From Lama glama (Eukaryota): DNA of 64,000 nucleotides. A program made the position numbers and the translations under genes. The DNA is taken from contig CM052818.1 in the NCBI GenBank assembly GCA_028534125.1, positions 37,016,001-37,080,000 of the forward strand. Reading direction: 5' to 3'. The notes below the pieces were generated by a model. It was not told the DNA's origin, did no database searches, and saw only the letters and a list, made by a program, of their open reading frames with translations. Positions 12,579-22,620 of the stretch are shown here, one piece after another (the first letter of the stretch is position 1; each line of letters starts with the position of its first letter).

Positions 12579-13170
12579 CTACCTCTTTTTTTTTCCTCCT
12601 GCTACATCTAAATTGCTCAGAAAAGGCATGTTTGTGGAAGACAAGCTGCAGGGGGTGTTCATCTTAAAAGAACAAGCCCTAAATATTTCAGATGGAGTCA
12701 TTAGTGTAGCAGAGCTGTCATCTGAAAATACAATTATGTTGACGTCATGAGAAAAATCCATTTTTATGTCCTTGAAAACTGCCTTGAACTTACTCTGGTC
12801 TCTGAGACCTTCTCTGTTATTACAGAAGTCCAGCAGGATGGGCCAGGTTTGAATCCATCAAAATGAAACCCAAAGCTCTATCATCAGAACCGCCTGAGTC
12901 ATAACCAAATTGTCTGGATATTTTACGCTAGAGGATGAGGGAAGAATGGGGAGAATGATGATCCCCTTTCATAGCTCTTCTTCTATAGTTAGAAATAAGT
13001 AAATCTTTTTCTATAGTTAGACAATGGGTTTTACCCTGAAGGTGAAGGAAACCAACACGAGCTATCCAGCATTGAGATGAGCTGCTGCAGATGCCTCTTA
13101 AAGAATTCACTCTGTGTTTTCTTCTCATTTAGATTCATCAAATTTCCCATAATTCCCAGAGTAGCTTTTG
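12579..13170 (-). pseudogene. Decayed STING-like cyclic-dinucleotide-binding-domain coding segment (not canonical STING1)
   Basis: Colinear matches to human STING: AAHLN(A)WIARVGFLHL (13085-13039, 1-nt frameshift) vs VAHGLAWSYYIGYLRL; IILPILPSSSSVKYPDNLVM (to 12900) vs LYILLPLDCGVPDNLSM; DRALGFILMDSNLAHP (adjacent frame, ~12882-12835) vs QRAGTCVLEYATP; REGLRDQSKF vs REDRLEQAKLF; IIVFSDDSS..SEIFR vs LIAYQEPADDSS..QEVLR. In-frame TGA at 12971-12969 and 12860-12858, plus a 28-nt duplication frameshift. Confidence 0.58.
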
Positions 13171-13266
13171 ATTTAGTTACCTTACTCTGGTGATTTAACT
13201 CTTGTTCAAAATGAAATATTATTTCTGACATTCATTTCCAGGAAAAAAATCTGAGTCAGGAGGCAA

Positions 13267-13613
13267 TGTCTTAGTCTGTTTGGGCTGCTATAACAAAATA
13301 CCACAGACTAGATGAAATTTGTTTCTTACCGTTGTGGAGGCTGGAAAGTCCAAGATGAAGACACCAGGGTGGTCACATTTGGTGAGAGCCCTCTTCCCGG
13401 GTGACAGTCCCCACTATGTCCCTGTGTCCTTATGTGAAGGAAGGGCACGGAATCTCTCTGGAGCCTCCTTTATGAGGTGCTAATCCCATTCTTGAGTGCA
13501 CCACCCTCAGGATTTAAGAACTTCTCAAAGGCACTATCTCTTAATACCATTGTCTTTGGGGATTAGGATAAAAAAATGTATAAATTTTGAGGGGACATAA
13601 GCGTTCAGACCAT
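13267..13613 (-). mobile_element. MLT1A-type MaLR solo LTR
   Basis: tgtcttagtctgtttgggctgctataacaaaataccacagac...ggggacataagcgttcagaccatag, antisense to the MLT1A consensus. Confidence 0.85.
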
Positions 13614-15036
13614 AGAAGGCGAACTGTAGTGAAAGGGAGCCCGTGGAAGAAAGAATAACATCACCCCTAACTTCAGGCTTCTCCAGGTATGGTGGAAAGA
13701 GATCTGGGGGTCTGGGTAAGCATGGTGTGCATGGAACAAGGACACCTATTCCAGTATAGCTAGAGAGGGACATGCATGGTGCGGATGATGGGAGAAGCAG
13801 GGGCCAGAGCACAGAGGACATTCTATGGCAGTAGTTCTCAAGACAGGCTGCTCATGAGAATCTTCTGGGGAGATTAAAAAATAAAATACCTTTGCCAAGT
13901 CCTATATCAGAATGATGTATTTTCAATAATTTATGCCTTAGAGTGAATTAATTCAATTAGATCACTTTCCTTCTATACTAGTTGGGAACACTGAAGAAAC
14001 AGAAGTTTTGTTTGGGGGACTTAATTAACCTTGGAGCAAGGATTAATTAATTAATTGAGCAACCATTTGTGTGTTATTTTTCTAGGCAGTGTGTTAGAAT
14101 GCAGAGATAAGGAAGTCCTTGTCCCATACTTTGAAGAGCTCACCCACCAGTGGAGGATACATGCACTTAAACAGATATTTTACAATACTCTCAAAAAAAA
14201 AAATGTTCTCTAAGCAGAGAGAACCCTGTTTCTTTGGAGCACATAGTCTTTTACAACCACACTTTTGGCTCTTTCAGTGACCTTAGACACCAGCCATCAC
14301 TCTTGGGTCTTGAAGGGCTGTGTTCTGGCAAGGCATGGGTCGGGTGAGGCAATAGAGGGTCTTTTCGCATGTGGAGCACAGAGGCAGATACAGGGAGTCA
14401 TGTTCTGAAGGGATGACAAGTCCAAGCCAAGGAGCTTGATAGAGTCTGACGGCCAAGAGTGGCATCAAAGAGAATGGAAGAGGGTTGAGAACTAGGGTAC
14501 TAGTTTTTGGGGACAACTGGAACTGGTAGACTAAAAGGGTCCTGGAGATTTTCTGGAAGGATTGTTTTTATGGATTCTCCTAACAGCTGACGTGGGCTTG
14601 GCAGGTGCATTTAAAGGGCTGAAATAGAATGGGTACTAATCGCCATATGTATTACATTGTCTCTTTGGGAAAATGCATTCTGTATTAGGAAAGGAAGTAA
14701 GGTGGAAACCAAAGGCATTCAGATGCATATAAAAACAGTGGCATTATTGATGCTTTTCCTTTGCTTCATCAAATAAATGGAACGACAAGGTAGCAACGTG
14801 ATATGATTACTTGACTTCTCTGCTTATAGGGAAGGAAAGGAGAACTCATTATTTCAATTACCGTTGGAAATATTTCAAGAAAATATTAATCTACTTTCCT
14901 GCCTTGGTAATAGAGTGTAGTGGATATAATGGAATATTTGTTTCCCTGAACCTCAGTGGCCTCACATTTTGATGTTTTAATCACATACCTTCTTGTGATA
15001 TTTAATAATTACATCACATATGAATCTTAACTCCCT

Positions 15037-15365
15037 GCTGTGGCCTGAATGTTTATACTTCCCCCCACCCCCAATTTATATACTGAAATCTCAACCTCCA
15101 AGGTAGTGGCATTAGGAGGTGGGGACTTTGGGAGGTGATGAGGTCACAAGGGCAGAGCCCTCATGATTGGAATTATGCCATCATGTGAGGGTGTAGCAAA
15201 ATAGCACCATCTCTGCACCAGAAGTAGGTCCCACAGAACACCAAATCTTCCAGTGCTTTGATCTTGGGCTTCCCAGCCTCCAGAACTGTGACTAATACAT
15301 GTTTATTGTTATCAGCTATTCAGTTCATGGTATTTTTCTTCTAGCAGGCTGAATGGACCAAGACA
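15037..15365 (+). mobile_element. MLT1A-type MaLR solo LTR
   Basis: tgctgtggcctgaatgttt...ttaggaggtgggg..ttgggaggtgat...cttcccagcctccagaactgtg...aagaca. Confidence 0.85.
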
Positions 15366-15522
15366 TTCTCCATAGAGTCTATGAATTCTTGGGAAGTGGA
15401 ACATATTTCCTACATCTTGGCCTTCCCTCCAAAAACCTAGCCCCTTGGCTTAGGCACCAGCAGTGACCCATGAAGAGCTGTGAATAGTTGGAATGACCAA
15501 GGAACACCCGTCCTTTGGCCAT

Positions 15523-15866
15523 TGCTATGGTCTGAATGTCTGTATTCCCCCAGAATTCATGTTGAAATCCTAGCCCCCAAAGGTGATGGTATTTGTAGGT
15601 GGGGCCTTTGGGAGGTGATTAGGTCATGAGGGTGGAGTCCTCATGAATGGGATTAGTGCTCTTATAAAAGAGACCTCCCAGGGCTCCCTGGTCCCTTCCA
15701 CCGTGTGAGGCCACAAGAAGTCTGTAGCCCAGAAGAGGACCCTTACCTGCTTGTGCTGGCACCATGATCTTGGACTTCCAGCCTCCAGAACTGTGAGAAA
15801 CATATTTCTGTCTATAAGCCACCCAGTCTATGGCATTTTGTTAACGCAGCCCAGACGGCCTAAGAC
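15523..15866 (+). mobile_element. MLT1A0-type MaLR solo LTR
   Basis: tgctatggtctgaatg...gggtggagtcctcatgaatgggattagtgc...gcctccagaactgtgag...taagac. Confidence 0.9.
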
Positions 15867-17297
15867 GGCTGTTTTAGTTTCCTGAAGAGTGAAGTGCTAC
15901 AGATGCTTGCTTAATAAGTGATGCTGACCGATGAGAGAGGGTGGAGCTCAGGCATTAAGAATAGAAGTTGCAACGTATAGAAATGAGTTCCTTGCCAAAG
16001 CATTAGGAGACTCTCTTAAAAGTAAGTTTATTTGCTGAATAAATATGTGTTTTCTCCCATTTGAATCTGAATAGCTGAGATTAGAAGAGAAAGGAGTGCC
16101 TGAGGGTTCCTTTATTTGATGGGTACATGTTGGTGACCCTTGGAGACCAGTCATCACAGAGTCTTGACCCACGTGGGCAGCCCACCTCCTCCCTGAGCAG
16201 AGGTTCACCGTCTTCTGCTCCCTCGCTGCTTGGTGAGCACTCAGGCTGGCAAAGGTTGGATTTAGCAACTGTTGAGTCTAAACTTGGGAATCTGCAGGGA
16301 GGAAGATTTCTTGTAGAGGAAATATTTTTGCATGTAAACTCAGTATTTTGCGGAAGAATTCTTTTTTCTGCTAAGGAAGACAGGATGAGTGCGCCAACAT
16401 CCACGGTGTAATGATTTTATATCTAATCCATATCACAGGCAGTACTGTGCAGGGCATGCAAAGTGCAGACTATGTGTGGCCTCAAACACACACACAGAGT
16501 GGATGCACATTTTCTGTCTAGAGTATGATTGAATTATCGTTGTGGAATGGGCAGGAATCACTGCGGTCTGGCCTTCACTAATCTGTATGTCTTTCCTTGA
16601 AGGAAGGCTTTAGCTGTTCAGTTTAGTTTTGTTTACTTAAAATGTTGCGTTGGAACTTTGCCTGCATGCCTAGAGGCTAGAAGGACATGGAAAAATGTGT
16701 GCATTCTAACTAAATCCCGAAGTACATCTCATCAATTCAGACACAGACAGCTGGGGACCATCCTTTACTCCTAGAAGCAAGTTAGAGTGGACAAGAAAGC
16801 TCTTTCTACCCTTGAAAAGATGGAAAAGGAAAAGAAACATAGCACGTTTAAAAGTGAAAATTCACACAACAAAATCCTGTATCCAAAAATATAACAAAAT
16901 TTCCGGGAGGATATTATGAGCAAATTTCCTTTTGCATTGGTTCCATGTCAAATTATTGTGTCCCTAGTTTCCTGCTAGTTTTAGTTTTTGTTACCTCAAG
17001 AATATGCTCTATCCCCATCTGATTTAAGTAATATTAATTGAAGCTTTCAATTATATTGAATGAAAATGTATTACGGTAAAAGGAGACAGGGCATCTGGAG
17101 AGGCTGTTTGTTAGGGTCATTCTAAAGGGTAAGCCTTTCTCTCTCAACAGCAATGCTTAAAGAACAACTTTCCAGATTAATGATAATAATAAGAGACTAG
17201 CTCTCTCCTAAAATATTTTAGAGAGCTTACAGTTTATGAGAGTACAGGTTACTCTGTAAAGAGATTGTCTAATGATTGGAGTTTGCAGAAAGAAAAG

Positions 17298-19613
17298 CTA
17301 AAATATAAAGAAAAATAGGTTTGGGGTTTCCGTAATGTAGAAAATATGGCGAAGATTAAATCCAGTTTTTGAGAGGTCAAGCGAATCAACATAATTAGCA
17401 TACAAAAGCAACCAGTGATAAAATAATCTTATGTTTTATGGGTTTGGGACAATGCCCAGCAAACCAAATATGCTTAATAAATTTGAAATGATATCAACAG
17501 TATTCCCTTGCTGCTGATAGAAAGTTAATGTTATCACTTTGGGAGGCATTATTAACCCTTCAAATATGGTTTTTTCATTGAGTGAAGAGGAAAGGGTTCA
17601 TCAGGCAACAACAGTGTGGTGGAAATGGTGCTTCTTCCCACAATGAACAGATGTCTCGCCTCTCATTGAGATAATCGATTCTAATATTATTAAGCACAAG
17701 CCCAATAAATCTGCCCTTGTATTTTTCTGATACAAATACAATATACCTACCACTGCTCAATATCTTTCATATGTGAAGTAATAAAACTGATTCAATATTA
17801 AATCGTGTACTTTACATGTAAATTGGATTGCCAAGGGCCGTTAGACTCTTTACATAAACAATATATTTTGTTTAAAAGGAAACTGTGCTCAGTCTAACAT
17901 TCTGAAAGTTCATAGCGTGCAAAACCACATTAGTAGAGTAAATGGTGTTGGGAAGGAATCTGGCATGACCAACAGAGGCATAAAAGGAGAAAGGAGTCTT
18001 AACTTCTAGTAAAACAACATTTCTCCTGTGGGCGGCTTTAACAAGATGGCTGCCAACAGGTGAAAACTCACTAATGTCAGGTGTAATGAAAAAGTTTAAT
18101 TCCAGAATCATTTTTGGAAGCATTCACAGTGTACCATGCCCGGGGGCTCAGGCAGCGAATTATTTGCCTTTCCCGAAAGACAGCCATTTCTGCACAGAAG
18201 GGTGATGACATATTGAGGCCGAGTCTGGCCATATTATATGATGTCACAGGATCCGTTTTTGATACTAGATAACAGCCTTCATTCTGGTAGGTCAGTATCT
18301 CATTCCTTGGCTTATTTATCTTCACTATGTACACAACCTGCAAACCAGAATTCGTAGACAAACCTCACCCAAGTGCACTGCAGTATTTGCATCTTGGCCT
18401 CCTTTGCAGCGCTGATCCTTGTGCTCTGCCACAGCTGTCAGAGTAATGGCTTCTTTCCCTTTTTATCTGGGTTGGCTTTATTCCCAGATTCCAAATGAAA
18501 GAGACAGCATTTTACTTGACCACCCCATTCCAACCGTTAAATACTGTGCCTTCAGGCTCTGATGCTCTAATGGTCGATTAAAGTTGATAACAGTCTGTCC
18601 AATTTCCATTTTTTAACATTCAGCCTGCTGAAATGGTAATATTGTGAAAATCTGAAGTCTACAGGACCTGCCTGAGAATCTGTCTGGATGTCAACACATA
18701 ACAATAAACAAGGGGGAAAAAGAAGTAATGCTAACAGGCCTCAGCATTTGCAGAGGTTGGGTTAGCTACGTAGCCTAGCCAAGTTTGTGTAGAGTAGAAG
18801 TCGATGATAGATCAACTGACCTATCAAACAGGTTGTAGACTGAATGCACTCACAGGGCATTTTCCAGCTGCAGAAGGCAAAGCTCCTCGAAGACTCTCCA
18901 AACCAATGAATGACACATGCATTCCCTTCCCTGCCTCCCTTACCAAGAGCTCAGTCTTTATTTGGTCCTATTCAAAGCCTTTTTAAAACTTGTTTGGCAG
19001 ACATATAACTCATAGCGCCTGGACTTTGTTGTCGTGGGATGAAGGGTCACAAGGGTACTAATCTAATTGAAATATTTTCGAAAATCTGATTTCTCGGGGG
19101 ATCAGAATAAAATAGTTTGAAATAATCTCTTTTTCAAACCAACAGTGGTGTTTCTTGAGCCTTAGAAAAACAAAACTAAAACCAGGGATTCTGAGATGGA
19201 TTTGTCGACCAGTAGAATTCGGAGATAAGCAGTTTGATCCCAGTCTTCTAAGTGATGGAAAAAAATGAACAGTTTCACCATGAGCCATGCTCCCTGTGTT
19301 TATAATATGCAGACTCTACCCAGTTCCTTCCATTGTACTAGTCAGCCTGCCTTTCTAGCTGGGCCTGCATTCTTTCTCTGAACGTGGATGATCGCCCAGT
19401 GTTCTCATCTTTGAGGCTACTCTCGTCTTTTTCCAATCAATCGCTGGGCTCTTGGATGCTTTTTTTCATGTTGGGGAAGCAATTGCCCATTTTTCTGAGT
19501 CTTTGCTGCTGAAGTAAGTGCAGATAAGTCCTTCAGATTCTGAGAAATTTATCACTGTCGATAAATATGTCATTTCTGGAAACATGGCTCCAAACTCCTT
19601 TTTCCTTGGCAGG
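17298..19613 (-). pseudogene. Decayed Mab-21/cGAS-like receptor (cGLR) nucleotidyltransferase gene; putative exons ~19613-18944 and ~18683-17298
   Basis: Manual translation across stops and frameshifts gives family-like motifs in the expected order: ILLVDKSISESL (~19218-19183, G[GS]xxE loop-like), SNYFILIP (~19120-19097), YMSAKQVLKRL (19007-18975, cf. Mab-21 YLSARKI), QGSALQ (~18421-18404, cf. GSPA/HGPA), EILTYQNEGCYLVSK (to 18257), W-LSF then frameshift ERQIIRCLS (18186-18146, cf. WRLSFSxxE), KMILE, VGSHLVK (~18057-18037, cf. SSYHxK) and FLPNTIYSTNVV (~17958-17923, cf. LPxYFxPxxNL). Splice signals: acceptor catttcag| before 19613, donor TTG|GTAAGG at 18944/18943, acceptor after a pyrimidine tract at 18684. 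Multiple stops and frameshifts. Confidence 0.62.
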
Positions 19614-20329
19614 CTGAAATGAAGACCAAAGAACTTGAAGGGCCAAATGTTTCGTTCTCCTTGTTATTACCACATCACAGAGCCTGTGCTTACTTTTTTA
19701 GACAAATCATCTTTTCATCTAAAAACATGGATGTTATTGCTTAAAAAAAGAGATTCACTGTCACCTGACTGAACAGTTTGAACCCTATCTCTTGTCCACT
19801 TCATCACTGTCACAGGTAGGTCTTTTCTTCCAGGGCAGGGATTATTCATGTTTTCTCGTATGTGAGGAGATAAAAGAAGAATATGCAGAAATTTAACATC
19901 AAAAATTGCTGTGATTCCAGAAGTTTCCTTCCTCCTGTTTTTGGACTGCAGTGGCATAAAGTCTGCCCCCTTGCACATAAGCATTGATGATATTTGTCTT
20001 TATTGTTCTTTTTCTTCATATTGCTGAAAATGTTGGTGTTTACTGTTTATTGCTGAGGTGCTTTTGAACTTTGGGAAGCCCAGACTTCCGACAATGAGTA
20101 TGAATTAAAGGGGAGACATACTCTGTCTTCTGGAAATGTCTTCATTTCCCAGAATAAGCTATTGATATTTGCTAGGTGGAAGCTTTAGGTCACAAACTTT
20201 CTGCCCCAAACATCCATTTCTGTTTACATGTTTTCTCTAGTCTAATCAATTTTCTTCTGCCTTTCTGGAAACCCATGAAAAATCCTGGCACAGGAGATGA
20301 TGATGATGATAGTAATGGTGGCAACTCAC

Positions 20330-20530
20330 ACTTACATAGCATGTGCCCGAGAGTTTTCCAAGCACCTTACAAGGGTTAATTTATTTAATCCTTGTGACAA
20401 CTTTGTGAGGTAGGTACCATTATCCTTCTCAAACAGAGGAGAAAGTTGAGGCAGAGACTGGTTACATAACTTGCCACTGCCCAAGGTCACACAGTTAGTA
20501 AGTGATCAGTCCAGGAATTCTGACCTGAGA
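20330..20530. mobile_element. MIR SINE
   Basis: atttaatccttgtgacaactttgtgaggtaggtaccattatcc..gaggcagag..cccaaggtcacacagttagtaagt is MIR core text. Confidence 0.8.
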
Positions 20531-20560
20531 GTCTTCTGCTTAATTTATCCCATGGGGGAG

Positions 20561-20880
20561 TGTATCAGTTTGCTTGGGTTGCCATAGCAAAATACGTAGG
20601 TTGGAAGGCATAAACAAGAGAAATTTATTTTTTCTCAGGCTAGAATTCCAACATCAAGATGTTGGCAGCTTTAGTTTCTTCTAGGGCCTCTCCCCTTGGC
20701 TTGCAGACTGCAGCCTTCTTGCTGAGTCCTCACTTGTCTTTCCTCTGTGCGTGCGCATCCCTGGTGTCTCTGTGCGTCCAAATTTCCTCTTCTTATAATA
20801 ACACCAGTCAGATTGGATTAGGGTCCACGCTAGTGGCTCTTCATTTTAGCTTAATCACCTCTTTAAAGGCTCTAGCTCCA
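20561..20880 (-). mobile_element. MLT1B/C-type MaLR LTR
   Basis: tgtatcagtttgcttgggttgccatagcaaaatac...ttcttataataacaccagtcagattggattagggtccac. Confidence 0.85.
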
Positions 20881-21899
20881 ATTTGGGCCGTAACAGTGAA
20901 CTTCTCGAGACCTGTTTCCTGGCCTTTGAGTCTTCTGCCTTGCTTCATTGCTGGATATCTCTTTTTCTTCCCTCTCTGCTCTGCCTGTTTGCCCAGACCT
21001 TGCAGACGTAGTTCCACCTGAGAACCAGATTAAGTCTTATTTAAGAGCCCATTTCCATGAGCTGTGATGAGGGGCTGCCCAGAGCCTGCTGCTGGGATCC
21101 CTGAGGGATGCTTGGGTCCTCTGTGGGCCTTGGAATTGCAGCATATACCCAGTGTTTGTTGAGTGTGCTTGATTCTGAGGTTTTCTGATTATCCCTCCAC
21201 CTTCCTTGTAGGTTGTGAGCTCTGGCTTCAGTATCAACTTTGTGTTCAGCTCCTTCAAAAATTCAAAACCCCTTAATCTAGATCCATCTCTGAAGTGCCT
21301 TCCATGGTTCTTCAAAGTGATGATTGATAATGCAAAGTGAGTGGGAAAGATGGAGGTTGGAAGAAAATAGAAAAGAATTAGAATAACAATTAGAAGAAAG
21401 CAAGAAATTAAAATCTGCTATATAATGTGTCTTCTGGATTGGATAATTTACAGGAAAATGTTTGAAAAGCTTTCAATGCTCTCTGGTGGGAGGTGGCATT
21501 ATTATTATGGTTGTGGCATTTGTTTTCTTATTCTTACTTCAGGATTCAGATTTCTGTCCCAGTTGAACATAGAAATAAATTAGTAGGTAGATTGGAAATC
21601 CAGAAGGCTGGGGTGTTGTTGAACAACTGTAGAGAGGAAGCTGTCTTCCTGGAGCTCTTGCCTGTCCAGTGAGCACCCTAAGATCAAGGGAGCGTTCAGT
21701 CCAGCTTCCTGAAGAAGGAACTAGAAGAAAAAGGGAAAGACGCATCTGTGCTACAGAGAGGAGAGGGGCAGAGCCAATTCTCAAGGCAAGGCCATGTGAC
21801 ATTAGATCATACTGCAGGGAAAAGGTACAGGCCACCAAAACACAGAAGACGTCCAGTCTAGCAAAGGGGTCAGTGAAATTCAGAAACACTCTTGCAGAT

Positions 21900-22620
21900 A
21901 TAGCAGAGAAGGAGGTGAGGCTAGAGAAAAAAATAGGACAAGTAATAAGTGCAAAAGGGGATTGAAGCTAGTAATGACTCAAAAAATGGCTGAGCTGCTG
22001 AACCTATTTTAAAAGCCTCTTAAAAACAGAAGCAGAGAAGAAAAGGAACATGGACAGGAGTGGTACAGGGATGACCTTGAAGAATAATTAAGCCAAAACC
22101 AAGTGAGGGGCTATTTGGAAGCTCTGAACATAGAGAAATAAGTGTGGGATGGCAGGATTCCGAAGGCATTAAGGGAGCTTGTGCTCTCTAAGCTAATTAG
22201 TTCACACACTTACAGTTATTTTGGGGAAAAGTAATAGGGATCTAAGGACGCTAAGAAGAGAAGGGAATATAAAAGGTGGTTTCAATCTTAAACCAAGACA
22301 GAAGCCTTGTGGAAAGGCAGTTTGGTACAGCTGATGGCAACATGCAATGGGGAGTGTGAAGGAGGGACTCTGGCATCTAGAGGGTAATGGGATCATTGGC
22401 AAGAACCGTGATTGATTTTTTCCCAAGAACAAAGCAGGCCCAACAATTGATTTTTTCTTGTGCACAGGAATTGGCCGAATTTTAAAAGATAGCATAAATC
22501 TTTGAACTTTACTTATACATTTGGCACCATGGTTCACATCATTTATTTCAAAGCTGGGGTAGCTTGGCTGATGGGCCCTTGTCACATGGATTGAGAGTGA
22601 CCAGAAGACAAAAGCAAAGG
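21900..22620 (+). mobile_element. L3/CR1 ORF2 (RT region) fragment
   Basis: Decayed CR1 RT text: gggatcattggcaagaac..ttcccaagaacaaagcaggccaacaattgatttt (cf. GIIxKNQHGFxKNKSCQTNLI) and tttatttcaaagctggg..cacatggattgag. Confidence 0.6.

Noticed and set aside
12722..12792. Apparent short GT-AG intron within the STING-like relic
   Set aside because: The frame reads through it without stops and the encoded residues align to STING helices, so it is more likely coding than intronic. Not fully excluded.
20146..20154. STAT/GAS motif TTCCCAGAA upstream of the cGLR relic
   Set aside because: TTCNNNGAA occurs by chance every few kb; no supporting promoter evidence.
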